Shown in pieces: positions 19,479 through 31,114 of a stretch of DNA of 64,000 bases. The notes beneath the pieces are model-generated. The model made no database searches and had not been told where the DNA came from. It was given only the letters and a program-made list of their open reading frames with translations. Position 1 is the stretch's first letter. Each line of letters starts with the position of its first letter. Source of the stretch: a bacterium (lineage in GTDB: Bacteria > Patescibacteriota > Minisyncoccia > Minisyncoccales > JAGGXC01); NCBI GenBank assembly GCA_021157625.1, contig JAGGWD010000003.1, positions 10,633-74,632 on the forward strand, read 5' to 3'. The position numbers were made by a program, and so were the translations under genes.

Positions 19479-20837
19479 ATGGCAGATAATTCTCAAAAAA
19501 ACAGCTTACCCGACAGAATTCCTCCTCAAGATATAGAGGCAGAGAAATGCTTGTTGGGATGCTTAATGTTGGACAAAGAAGCTATTGTTAAAATAGTAGA
19601 TCTTATAAAACCTGAGGATTTCTATAAAGAAGCTCACCAAAAGATTTACCAAGCTGCGGTAGAACTTTTTGAAAAGAGCCAGCCTGTTGATTTCTTGTCT
19701 CTCTCAGCACGCTTAAAAGAAAAAAAAGAGTTAGAAGAAATAGGAGGATCGGCTTATTTATCAGAATGTGTTAATTCTGTCCCTACTGCTTCTCATGTTC
19801 TAAGTTATGCTAAAATCGTTCAGAAAAAAAGAATTTTAAGAGATCTAATTGCCGCTTCTTATGATATACAACAATTAGGATACAACGAGACGGAAGATGT
19901 AGATGTTCTTTTAGATAAAGCAGAAAAAAGGATTTTCAGTATAGCACAAAAGAGTTTAACGCAGGTCTTTTGTCCTATAAAAGAAGCACTTGAGGATGCC
20001 TTCGAGCGGATAGATAGATTGTCAAAACATAAACGAAGAGTCCGTGGACTTTCTACAGGATTTATAGAGTTAGACAATTTATTAGCAGGTTTTCAAAAAT
20101 CAGATTTTATAATTTTAGCTTCCCGACCCACATTAGGAAAAACCTCTTTGGCCTTAGATTTTGCCCGGCATATTGCTGTTCATGAGAAAGTACCTGTGGG
20201 AATTTTTAGCCTAGAGATGTCTATTGATCAATTAGTAGACAGATTGATTGCTAGTCAATCTAATGTAGAATTATGGAAAATAAGAACGGGCCATCTTTCT
20301 GATGTAGGAGAAGATAATGACTTTGTAAGAATCCAGCAAGCATTAGGGGTTTTGAGTGAAGCCCCAATTTATATCGATGATGCCGCTTCTACTAATGTGA
20401 TGCAAATTAGAGCAATGGCACGAAGATTGCAAGCAGAAAAAGGATTAGGACTTATCATCATTGACTATCTTCAATTAATAGAACCAAGAACTCGTTCCGA
20501 CTCTTTCGTAAGACAGGTCACAGAAATTTCTCGTGAACTTAAACTCCTTGCTCGGGAACTGCAAGTACCAGTACTGGCTCTCTCTCAATTATCTCGAGCA
20601 GTTGAACAAAGAACGCCCCAAATACCTCGTCTCGCAGATCTAAGAGAATCAGGAGCTTTAGAGCAAGATGCGGATGTAGTAATGTTTATCCATCGACCTG
20701 ATAGATATCAACCTGAGACTGCAGAGAAAAATATTGCTGAGATAATAGTAGCAAAACATCGTAATGGACCTCCTGGTAAGGTAAAATTATATTTTGATGA
20801 AGCACATGTAACTTTTAGAAGTATTGAAAAATATTAA
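19479..20837 (+). CDS. dnaB: Replicative DNA helicase DnaB
   Basis: PPQDIEAEK N-terminus and the RPTLGKTS Walker A. The first ATG is at 19479; the track start at 19455 is a TTG. Confidence 0.93.
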   Translation: MADNSQKNSLPDRIPPQDIEAEKCLLGCLMLDKEAIVKIVDLIKPEDFYKEAHQKIYQAAVELFEKSQPVDFLSLSARLKEKKELEEIGGSAYLSECVNSVPTASHVLSYAKIVQKKRILRDLIAASYDIQQLGYNETEDVDVLLDKAEKRIFSIAQKSLTQVFCPIKEALEDAFERIDRLSKHKRRVRGLSTGFIELDNLLAGFQKSDFIILASRPTLGKTSLALDFARHIAVHEKVPVGIFSLEMSIDQLVDRLIASQSNVELWKIRTGHLSDVGEDNDFVRIQQALGVLSEAPIYIDDAASTNVMQIRAMARRLQAEKGLGLIIIDYLQLIEPRTRSDSFVRQVTEISRELKLLARELQVPVLALSQLSRAVEQRTPQIPRLADLRESGALEQDADVVMFIHRPDRYQPETAEKNIAEIIVAKHRNGPPGKVKLYFDEAHVTFRSIEKY

Positions 20838-21456
20838 GCAAATGTATCCTCCACCTATCCAAAAACTAATAGAGCAATTTTCAAAGTTTCCTACGGTGGG
20901 ACCTAGAACAGCGGCACGTTTTGTTTTCTATTTACTCCAAGCCCCAAAAGAAGAAATAGAAGAACTTGTGAACTCTATTTCAAACCTTTCCAAGGAAATA
21001 AAACTTTGTTCATTTTGTTTTAAACCATATGCTGGTCCAGGAAATCTTTGTGAGATATGTTATGATCCAAGACGAGATAGAACTAAGTTATGTATTGTAG
21101 AAAAAGAAGTAGACCTGGAAGCTATCGAGAAAACAAAAAAATACAATGGTCTTTACTTCATTCTTGGAGGTACGGTCCCCCTTTTGAAAAAAGAACCAAA
21201 AAAAATAAGGATCTCGGAATTAATTGAGAGAATAAAAGATCCAGCAATCTTTCATTTATTTAATGCTTCCTTTGAAGAAATTATAATTGCCACCAATCCT
21301 ACTCCCGAAGGAGAAGCTACTGCTCTTTATCTTGAAAAGAAGCTCAAGCCTTTTAATAAAAAAATCACTAAATTGGGACGCGGCTTACCTATTGGAGGCG
21401 AATTAGAGTATGCAGATGAAGAAACTTTAAGTGAAGCGCTTCAAAGAAGAAAGTAG
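20824..21456 (+). CDS. recR: Recombination protein RecR
   Basis: FPTVGPRTAARF HhH motif, a C4 zinc finger (CSFC...CEIC) and a Toprim segment. Confidence 0.92.
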   Translation: MKNIKQMYPPPIQKLIEQFSKFPTVGPRTAARFVFYLLQAPKEEIEELVNSISNLSKEIKLCSFCFKPYAGPGNLCEICYDPRRDRTKLCIVEKEVDLEAIEKTKKYNGLYFILGGTVPLLKKEPKKIRISELIERIKDPAIFHLFNASFEEIIIATNPTPEGEATALYLEKKLKPFNKKITKLGRGLPIGGELEYADEETLSEALQRRK

Positions 21457-21533
21457 ATCTGAAAAAATAAATAGAAAAGGATAAACTAGTAAAAATTAAA
21501 CGAATTGAATATCATTCAAATAAAAAGTCAAAA

Positions 21534-21559
21534 AGCAACCTTAATTTGGTTGCTATTTT
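21534..21559. terminator. Bidirectional hairpin terminator (recR on +, structured RNA on -)
   Basis: AGCAACC-UUAAUUU-GGUUGCU is flanked by an A-run on one side and a U-run on the other. Confidence 0.55.
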
Positions 21560-21564
21560 AAAAA

Positions 21565-21703
21565 GGTGAGGAAAAGAGGATATGCAGAAAAATCTTCGCT
21601 TCAATGGCGCTCTATCTGAGCTCACCAATAAGCCATTGAAGCGAAACAGCAGAAGGAAGATTTTTTCTCTACTCCTCTTTTCCTACCTTCTGTCCTCACC
21701 ACC
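21565..21703 (-). ncRNA. Candidate structured small RNA, class unknown (rod-like, 6S-like shape)
   Basis: A near-consensus promoter lies directly upstream. A 136-nt imperfect hairpin with four helices (7, 9, 11 and 11 bp) is followed by UUUUU and a second terminator hairpin. No ORF of 60 aa or more. Confidence 0.6.
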
Positions 21704-21709
21704 AATATA

Positions 21710-21737
21710 ATTATAACAAATTAAAAAAACTTGTCAA
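21710..21737 (-). promoter_or_regulatory. Near-consensus sigma70 promoter with extended -10
   Basis: Minus strand: TTGACA (21737-21732), a 16-nt spacer ending in TGT, then TATAAT (21715-21710). It starts 5 nt after the rplU stop codon. Confidence 0.7.
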
Positions 21738-21741
21738 GCTT

Positions 21742-22053
21742 TTAGATCTCTATTTTTGTAATTTCTACTTCTGTAAATAAATGACGATATCCTTTCTTCT
21801 TTTTATATCTTGTCTTTGGTTTGTATTTTAGAATCGTTATTTTCTCTCCTTTTGATTGCCCTACAACCTTTCCTATTACCTTAGCACCTTTTACAAAAGG
21901 TCTTCCTATCTGAATTTTATTCCCTTTCTGGACTAACAAAACCTCTTTAAAGACAACTTCGCTTCCCTCTTTTTTGTTTATTTTTTCAATTTTTATTTTT
22001 TGCGAAGGAGAAACCAAATATTGTTTCCCTCCAGTTTTTATTACTGCCAGCAT
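21742..22053 (-). CDS. rplU: 50S ribosomal protein L21
   Basis: MLAVIKTGGKQY... full-length L21 pattern. Confidence 0.95.
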   Translation of the reverse strand: MLAVIKTGGKQYLVSPSQKIKIEKINKKEGSEVVFKEVLLVQKGNKIQIGRPFVKGAKVIGKVVGQSKGEKITILKYKPKTRYKKKKGYRHLFTEVEITKIEI

Positions 22054-22057
22054 ATTT

Positions 22058-23056
22058 TTATTTATCTTTTAATTTTTTAAACTCTTTTGTTTCTAATAAC
22101 TTCTCTACTTTATCAGAAAACATACTTAGACGTTTCTCTGAACTATCATAAGCAGAGGTGGCATTCCGCAAATGATTGCCTAATTTCCGGAAATCTTCCA
22201 TTAGTTTTTGTGCATCTCTATTAATTCTTGCTAGCGACTTTAAAATCTGTTGCGTCCGACGCGAAATCTGAGTATCTCTGAACCAGTGTTCAATTGTTCT
22301 TAAGGTTAAATAAATCGTATTAGGAGAGGTAAGAATAATCCTTTTTGACCAAGCATAATTTGCTAAGTCAAACTTTCTTGAGATATTGTTAATTATCTCG
22401 TAATAAATTGCCTCAGCAGGAATATACATTAGAGCAAAATCGACTGTTCCTTCTGATGGCAAGATATATTTAGAAGCAATTTCGTTTATTCTTGCTTTTA
22501 TATCTTCAATGAATTTTTTTTGAAAAACATCTCGTTCATTTCCTTCACTTTCTATCATTTTTCCGAAATTCTCAGAAGGAAACTTAGCATCGATAGGTAA
22601 AATTCTCCCATTTGGTAATTTGAGAATTGCATCAACCTGCTCTCCTGAGGAAAACAAATATTGAATTTCATAAAGCTCGGGCGGGAAATGTTGAGATAAG
22701 ATATGCTCAAGCGATGCTTCTCCCCATTGTCCTCTCAATTTCGGAGATTTAAATATTTCCTGAAACGAAGAAACATCTTTAATAGATTCCTGAACTTGTT
22801 TCATTTCCTCTCGAATACGAACTGCTTCCTGAGTAAAAGAATGAATCTGCTCACTCATTCGACGGGAGACCCCATCTTGGGTTTCACGCATTTCTTTAAG
22901 TTGGGAAATCACAAGATCAGTAATTCTCCGTTCAAGATCCTTAATTGCGTTAGATTGTTCTGCATCAATTTTTGATTTTCTAAATAAGAAAAAAAATATT
23001 ATCCCCACCCAAGATACAGTTAAAAGAACAATAAGAATAACATAAAACTGCTCCAT
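22058..23056 (-). CDS. rmuC: DNA recombination protein RmuC
   Basis: N-terminal TM helix and coiled coil, plus RGQWGE...LPIDAKFP motifs. Confidence 0.88.
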   Translation of the reverse strand: MEQFYVILIVLLTVSWVGIIFFFLFRKSKIDAEQSNAIKDLERRITDLVISQLKEMRETQDGVSRRMSEQIHSFTQEAVRIREEMKQVQESIKDVSSFQEIFKSPKLRGQWGEASLEHILSQHFPPELYEIQYLFSSGEQVDAILKLPNGRILPIDAKFPSENFGKMIESEGNERDVFQKKFIEDIKARINEIASKYILPSEGTVDFALMYIPAEAIYYEIINNISRKFDLANYAWSKRIILTSPNTIYLTLRTIEHWFRDTQISRRTQQILKSLARINRDAQKLMEDFRKLGNHLRNATSAYDSSEKRLSMFSDKVEKLLETKEFKKLKDK

Positions 23057-23077
23057 AATGCAATAATTATGATAGCA

Positions 23078-24034
23078 CTATTTTACAATAATTTCAACTA
23101 GAACAAATAAAATATAAATCTCAATGAGAATTAAAGCTTCCTTGGGAGTAATCTTGTGTTCTGTCCAAGAAAAAATTAAAAATGCTAAGGCAGTTATTAC
23201 AGTAAAAACAATACCAACAATATAAAAAGAAATCTGAGGAATCTGAAAGGGAGCAATTACCGCCACAAGGCCAAGTGCTAAAGCAGAGTTTACCACTACT
23301 GAACCTATCGCATCTCCAGCAATCATTTCCTTATGACCCATCATTACTGATCTTATACCAAACGTTATCTCTGGAATAGAAGTTCCTACAGCTACAAAAA
23401 ATAAACCAATCACAATTAAGGGAAGATTTAATTCTAAAGAAAGAGAGGAACTAGAAAAAACTACTCCTTCAGCGCTTATCAGCAATAAAAAAACTCCTCC
23501 AAAAAATAGCAAGAGGTCTTTAAAAAACAACTTTAAGCCTTCAAGATCTCTTTTAAAATGATTTGTAAATATCTTCGTAAACTTTTCCTCTCTTTTTAAA
23601 AGCTCTCGAAAATAAAAAACCAAAGATGCAAGAAGAATTACTCCATCAATTCTAGAAACATTTCTATCCAATATGAGAAAAAGCGGAAGAAGAGATATGA
23701 TTATCGCATATATAGAAGAGGAACGAAGCGTTTTGCCTTCAAATTTTAGCCCATTTCCTAAAATTGCACCTATTCCAATGACCAAAGTAAGCGCAAGAAT
23801 ATTGGAACCAATTACATTTCCAAAAGAAAGTTGAGGTTTGTTAGAAAGAGCAGAACTTACCCCAACAAAAATCTCAGGCAAGGATGTCGCAAAAGCCATA
23901 AGGATAGAAGCTACTACAAACTCTTTCCAGCCAAGGAATTTGGCTATTCTTATCAGAGACCGAACAACCCATGTACCAGATCGCACTAACACAATACAGG
24001 AGACTATAAATATAATAGAATATACCAAGACCAT
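23078..24034 (-). CDS. Ca2+/Na+ (cation) antiporter, CaCA family
   Basis: Two alpha-repeats (GNVIGSNILALTLVIG and GDAIGSVVVNSALALG) in a 10-TM protein. Confidence 0.85.
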   Translation of the reverse strand: MVLVYSIIFIVSCIVLVRSGTWVVRSLIRIAKFLGWKEFVVASILMAFATSLPEIFVGVSSALSNKPQLSFGNVIGSNILALTLVIGIGAILGNGLKFEGKTLRSSSIYAIIISLLPLFLILDRNVSRIDGVILLASLVFYFRELLKREEKFTKIFTNHFKRDLEGLKLFFKDLLLFFGGVFLLLISAEGVVFSSSSLSLELNLPLIVIGLFFVAVGTSIPEITFGIRSVMMGHKEMIAGDAIGSVVVNSALALGLVAVIAPFQIPQISFYIVGIVFTVITALAFLIFSWTEHKITPKEALILIEIYILFVLVEIIVK

Positions 24035-24043
24035 AGTTTATTT

Positions 24044-25158
24044 TTATCTAAAAGTATAAATTATTTCATAAATAATTCCAAGAACGAATATAAGAATTAG
24101 AGGAAGTACAAAAACTAATTTGCTCCTTTTGGGATTTACCTTTCGATACATTAATATAACCAATATTCCATCGATGCCAATTGTAACTCCTCCCACGAAA
24201 CCTATTACATCAATGAAGTCCTTCACTCCTCCAATAAAAAACAATAAAGGAACAAGACAGGTAATCAACCAAGCGATATTTTTTTCTATCTTGAAATCAT
24301 ACCAAAAAATTTTCTTAAGTGTAAGACCCAAAACAATAAAAGAAGTAAAGGTTGTCAGTAATCCAAACAAAAGGGTGAACCTAACTATTCCATCTCCCAA
24401 AAAAGTCTTTAGTCCCACAATAGCCTCCTCCGAAGTGCTCTGGCCAGTTATTCCTACAACCAAGAAAATAAACAAAAGGTAAGCAATAATAGAAACAATC
24501 ACAGCAACAGGCACGATCTTTCGAAGAAGATATTTTCTTTCTTGCAGCATTTCTTCTATTTCTGGAATTAAAGCCGTGCCCCACAGGGAAAAAAGAATAG
24601 GACCATAGGGAAGAAAAAAGTCTCTCTTCTGACTTGCAACAAATAAATTATCTAAGCTAAAATGAGAAACTCCTTTAAAAGATAAAATAAACAAAACCAA
24701 GAAAAAGAGAACCAAACCCAAGAGCTCTATTGATGATATTATTTTTATATCCAAGTAAATAATAATAGCACCTAACGCAAAATAAAGGAGAGTATATAAA
24801 AACTCATTGCCTCCAAAGATGGGCTTCATTAATTCTGATAAGAATTTTCCGCCGATAATTAAATAGGCAAGATTTGCTCCAAACAATCCCAGAGTGATCT
24901 CAAAAAATGCTATTCTCTCTCCCCATTTTCCTAAGTGAAACTTTGCAAAACCAGGCATTCTCAAAAAGTCCGGCGTCTTTATGGCAACTTCTGTAAAAAG
25001 CAGATGGACAAGAATTGCCAAAAACCCCAAAGCCAAAAAATATCCAAGTATTACAAAAATCCCCACCTGTGTGGTTATATATGGTAAAGAAAAAAGACCT
25101 ACTCCAATAATAGTTCCGGCAAGCGTAGATAATGCTAAGGAAAATTTTTTTATGTCTT

Positions 25159-25162
<4 letters not shown>
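24044..25162 (-). CDS. Amino acid permease (Trp/Tyr-permease-like family)
   Basis: About 11 TM segments and an N-terminal TLAGTIIGVGLFSLPY motif. Its start overlaps the atpC stop by 4 nt. Confidence 0.6.
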
Positions 25163-27622
<2,460 letters not shown>

Positions 27623-27623
27623 A

Positions 27624-29093
27624 TTAAAAATTGGCTTTAAATTTCTCCACTAAAACAGCTATCTCCTTTTTTAATTCTTCTCTCCATCCTTTATCTGCAA
27701 GGTCATTTTTTATCTGAGGATAAAGGTCATTTAAAAATTCGTAAAACTTCTCCTCAAACTCTTTAACTCTATAAATAGGCAAATCATCTAAAAATCCTGC
27801 GAGAACAATGTAATACATTATACTCTGATTTATTGTATCAATTAACTTATGTTTCTCTTGTTTAAAAATCTCCAAAAGCATCTCAGCTCTCTTAAATCTC
27901 TTCTTTGACTCCTCAGAAAGTTTTGTTTCTAGTTGAACTAATCTTTTCAGCTCCTTGTGTTGAGACAAAATTAGCTTTAGCCCTTGAGTTACTTCTTTAA
28001 TATATTCTTTTTGAGCAAAGGATCCTATCCTTGAGACCGAAAGGCCAATGTTAACAGCAGGTCGTGCTCCTTTCTGAAAAAGGTTTGAATCTAGATACAA
28101 TTGACCATCCGTAATTGAAATCAAATTAGTGGGGATATACTCCGTAATGTCTCCTTCTTTTGTCTCACATATTGGCAACGCAGTAATTGATCCTCCGCCC
28201 AGTTTATCTGAAAGTTTTCCTGCTCTCTCCAAGAGTCTTGCGTGGAGATAAAATATATCTCCAGGATAAGCTTCTCTTCCTGGTGGAAATTTTAAAAGAA
28301 GCGAAATTTCTCTCCATACCCAGGCATGCTTCAGCAAGTCATCAAAAACAACAAGCACGTCTTTACCTTTATCTCTGAAATATTCAGCCATTACCATTGC
28401 TGAGAAAGGAGCAATATACTGAAGTACAAGAGGATCGGAAGAAGATGCACAAACAAAAATAGTATATTTTTGCGCACCAAATTCCCGAAACTTTCTTAAA
28501 ATCTCCAAAATCTCTGTTTTCTTCTGAGCTATACTACAATAGATACATATAACATTTTTGTTTTTCTGATTTAAAATAATATCCACCGCTACAGCAGTTT
28601 TACCAGTTTTTCTATCACCCAAGATTAATTCTCTTTGGCCCCTCCCAATTGGAAATAAAGCGTCTATCACCTTTATACCTGTTTCCAAAGGTTCTCTTAC
28701 AAGACCCCTTTGAGTTATTTCAGGGGGTACCCTCTCAAGAATTCTTCTTTCCTCTCCTTTTATATCCTTTCCTGTTTCTAGATCCTTTCCAAGAGGATTA
28801 ACTATTCTTCCAATAAAACTTTCCCCTACAGGAATTTTTAAAACTTCTCCTTTTCTTTCTACTCGTTGACCAATTTTGATATTTTCAGGTTTTCCTAAAA
28901 GTAAAGCAAAGACAAAATCTTCCTCGATTAAAGAAGTGGTAAATTCTCTTGCAAATTTAAGAACAAGCGCTTTTTCTTTGTTTAAAGAAATTACTTCCCC
29001 AATCTTCACTGAGGGAAGTCCTTTAATTTTTATAACCGGATCTGAAACACTAACCACCTTACCTATTTCTTTAATTTCTAAATTATTTTTCAT
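27624..29093 (-). CDS. atpA: F1 ATP synthase alpha subunit
   Basis: GDRKTGKT Walker A, VVFDDLLKHA and PGREAYPGDIFYLHARLLER. Confidence 0.95.
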   Translation of the reverse strand: MKNNLEIKEIGKVVSVSDPVIKIKGLPSVKIGEVISLNKEKALVLKFAREFTTSLIEEDFVFALLLGKPENIKIGQRVERKGEVLKIPVGESFIGRIVNPLGKDLETGKDIKGEERRILERVPPEITQRGLVREPLETGIKVIDALFPIGRGQRELILGDRKTGKTAVAVDIILNQKNKNVICIYCSIAQKKTEILEILRKFREFGAQKYTIFVCASSSDPLVLQYIAPFSAMVMAEYFRDKGKDVLVVFDDLLKHAWVWREISLLLKFPPGREAYPGDIFYLHARLLERAGKLSDKLGGGSITALPICETKEGDITEYIPTNLISITDGQLYLDSNLFQKGARPAVNIGLSVSRIGSFAQKEYIKEVTQGLKLILSQHKELKRLVQLETKLSEESKKRFKRAEMLLEIFKQEKHKLIDTINQSIMYYIVLAGFLDDLPIYRVKEFEEKFYEFLNDLYPQIKNDLADKGWREELKKEIAVLVEKFKANF

Positions 29094-29820
29094 AGAGATA
29101 TTTCTCTATTTTTCCAATTAAACTTGCATCAATTAGAAAACTCTCCTCTATAGAAATTTTGACACCAGCAATAAGTTCAGGATCGACACGTGTTTTAAAA
29201 ACAGGATTTTTTATTTTTTTAAAAATAAGGTTGGAAATTGCTTTTTCTTCTTCATCTCTTGGAGGAAAAGCAAAAACAGCCTCTACAAAAATGACATCTT
29301 TTTTCTTTAAAGAAGAGAAATCCAAAGCAGAGAGTTTCTCTATTACCTCTTGAAGATATTTTCTGTGCAAAGCTCTATCAAAAGATTCAGACAAGACTTC
29401 TTTCAAAACCTCCTTTGATTTTTTAATAATCTCTTGTCTTTCTTTCTGTCTTAGTTTCTCTATTTCTACTTCAATTCTTTCTTTTGCTTCTCTTAGCATT
29501 AACCTTGCTTGTTCTTCTGCTTTTTTTATAATTCGCTCCTTTTCTTCCCTTGAAATCTCCTTTGCTCCCTCAAGAATTTCTTTTGCTCTCTCTTTTGTCT
29601 TTTGAATAATTTCCTCCTCTTTTTTCTGAAGCTCTATCTTCTTTTTCTCTATTTCTTTCTTTCCTTCTTCTATCTCCCTTGCTTCTTTTGTTCTTTCTTC
29701 TAGAACTTTGAGAATCGGTTTATAGAGAAACTTATTAAGTAACCACAAAAGAATTACAAAATTAATAATTTGAGCAATTAAGAGCTTAGGATCAATACCT
29801 AATTTACCTAAAAGATGCAT
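29083..29820 (-). CDS. atpF: ATP synthase peripheral stalk: subunit b fused to a delta (OSCP) C-terminal-like domain
   Basis: N-terminal TM helix and a long Glu/Lys coiled coil (subunit b). The last ~90 aa (VDPELIAGVKISIEESFLIDASLIGKIEKY) match the delta C-terminal pattern. There is no separate atpH in the operon. Confidence 0.75.
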   Translation of the reverse strand: MHLLGKLGIDPKLLIAQIINFVILLWLLNKFLYKPILKVLEERTKEAREIEEGKKEIEKKKIELQKKEEEIIQKTKERAKEILEGAKEISREEKERIIKKAEEQARLMLREAKERIEVEIEKLRQKERQEIIKKSKEVLKEVLSESFDRALHRKYLQEVIEKLSALDFSSLKKKDVIFVEAVFAFPPRDEEEKAISNLIFKKIKNPVFKTRVDPELIAGVKISIEESFLIDASLIGKIEKYLYEK

Positions 29821-29824
29821 ACTC

Positions 29825-30034
29825 TTAGCTAACGAATTTTAATATCAACGCCACGATTAAATTATAAATAGCAATAGCTTCTGCAAACGCAATAGCCACT
29901 ATTGCCATTGTCTGAATTGAAGATGATGCTTGGGGATTTCGGGCTATCCCTTTACAGGCAGCATATCCGATTAAACCAATAGCTAAAGCTGGCACGATGC
30001 TGCCTATTGCCATTACGAAAGCTGATGGGTTCAT
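29825..30034 (-). CDS. atpE: Fo ATP synthase c subunit
   Basis: 69-aa helical hairpin with an ARNPQ loop and a carboxylate in AFAEAIAIY. Confidence 0.93.
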   Translation of the reverse strand: MNPSAFVMAIGSIVPALAIGLIGYAACKGIARNPQASSSIQTMAIVAIAFAEAIAIYNLIVALILKFVS

Positions 30035-30045
30035 ATTTAATTTCT

Positions 30046-30816
30046 TTATTTTTTCTTAATTTCTGCGACCTTTTTTTCTTTAAAAAATTCCATTTCACTT
30101 GACTTTATAAACACCAAAGAAAGGGTAGCAAAAATAAACGCCTGAATCACTCCCACAAAAATCTCTAAAATCATAAAAGGAAGAGGTATAAAATATGGAA
30201 CAAAAAAGGCAATAGCCATCAATAATATTTCTCCTGCTAGTATATTTCCAAAGAGTCGCAAAGACAAGGATAAAACTTTGGTAAAATCAGAAATTATTTC
30301 AAATAAACCAAGGAATAACCTAATAGGATTAGTAAAGTTAAAAAATCTTTTTAAATAATTCCTAAAACCAAGCATTTTTATTCCAAACCACTGAATAGAA
30401 AAAACAGAAACGATAGCCAAAGCCAGAGTAGTATTCCAGTCAGAGTTAGGACTTCTAAATAAAGGAACGCTTTTGCCATTAATATCTACCAAAAAAGCGC
30501 CCAAAAAGCCAGGAATTATCCCTAGAAGGTTGGCAGAGACAATAAAAAGGAAGAAGGTCATAATCAAAGGAAAAACTTCCCTTGTTAACTTTGGTGAAGT
30601 GGTGACACTATTTATAAACCTATACATCCAATCGAATAAAGCTTCAAATAGGTTCTGAAGGCTTTGAGGTTGTGGTATTTTCTTAATTCCTTTGGCTATC
30701 CAAACAGCTAAAAAAACAAGAATTGCAGAAGTAATCCAGCTACAAAGCAAGGTATTGGAAATCATAAAACTTCCAATCTTTGCAACATATTCTGGATAAA
30801 AGGTAATATGAATCAT
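30046..30816 (-). CDS. atpB: Fo ATP synthase a subunit
   Basis: LSLRLFGNILAGE signature. I prefer the internal ATG at 30816 (MIHITF...), which avoids overlap with the upstream small gene. Confidence 0.9.
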   Translation of the reverse strand: MIHITFYPEYVAKIGSFMISNTLLCSWITSAILVFLAVWIAKGIKKIPQPQSLQNLFEALFDWMYRFINSVTTSPKLTREVFPLIMTFFLFIVSANLLGIIPGFLGAFLVDINGKSVPLFRSPNSDWNTTLALAIVSVFSIQWFGIKMLGFRNYLKRFFNFTNPIRLFLGLFEIISDFTKVLSLSLRLFGNILAGEILLMAIAFFVPYFIPLPFMILEIFVGVIQAFIFATLSLVFIKSSEMEFFKEKKVAEIKKK

Positions 30817-30823
30817 AGAAAGG

Positions 30824-31060
30824 TTATTTTTTTCTTTCCAAAAAAGGGGAAAAATAATAACGAATTTCAAACACCACAAAAACAAGCGAAAAGATTACTG
30901 ATCCGATTAGAAACAAAGGAAAGGTATTTAATTTCTCATCAAGAAAAATACCAACAAGTAGAAACACTATTATAGGAATCGCAATTAGAAATCCTAACTG
31001 TAAAGATATCGAAAGAACATAAAATAATTTAAATCTTTCTTTATCCCTTTTATCTAACAT
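30824..31060 (-). CDS. AtpZ/AtpI-like small membrane protein of the ATP synthase operon
   Basis: 78 aa with two TM helices, as the first gene of the atp operon. Confidence 0.65.
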   Translation of the reverse strand: MLDKRDKERFKLFYVLSISLQLGFLIAIPIIVFLLVGIFLDEKLNTFPLFLIGSVIFSLVFVVFEIRYYFSPFLERKK

Positions 31061-31114
31061 TTCTGGTTGATTTCCTTATTAATTATAACACTTTCAGTGA
31101 TTTATATCATCATC

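Noticed and set aside
21565-21703. Signal recognition particle (4.5S/SRP) RNA. This was tempting because SRP RNA genes often sit next to dnaX/recR.
   Set aside because: Neither strand contains the conserved helix-8 features (GNAR tetraloop flanked by AGG...GGAAGCAGC-type loops). The only resemblance is an unrelated CAGCAGAAGGAAG stretch in the wrong arrangement.
29825-30034. Na+-coupled c-ring, which would imply a sodium-motive ATP synthase given the neighbouring cation transporters.
   Set aside because: The helix-2 motif is AFAEAIAIY: the Glu is followed by Ala, not Ser/Thr. By my alignment, the helix-1 position equivalent to the Na+-ligand Gln is hydrophobic. The signature is therefore incomplete, and H+ coupling is the default reading.
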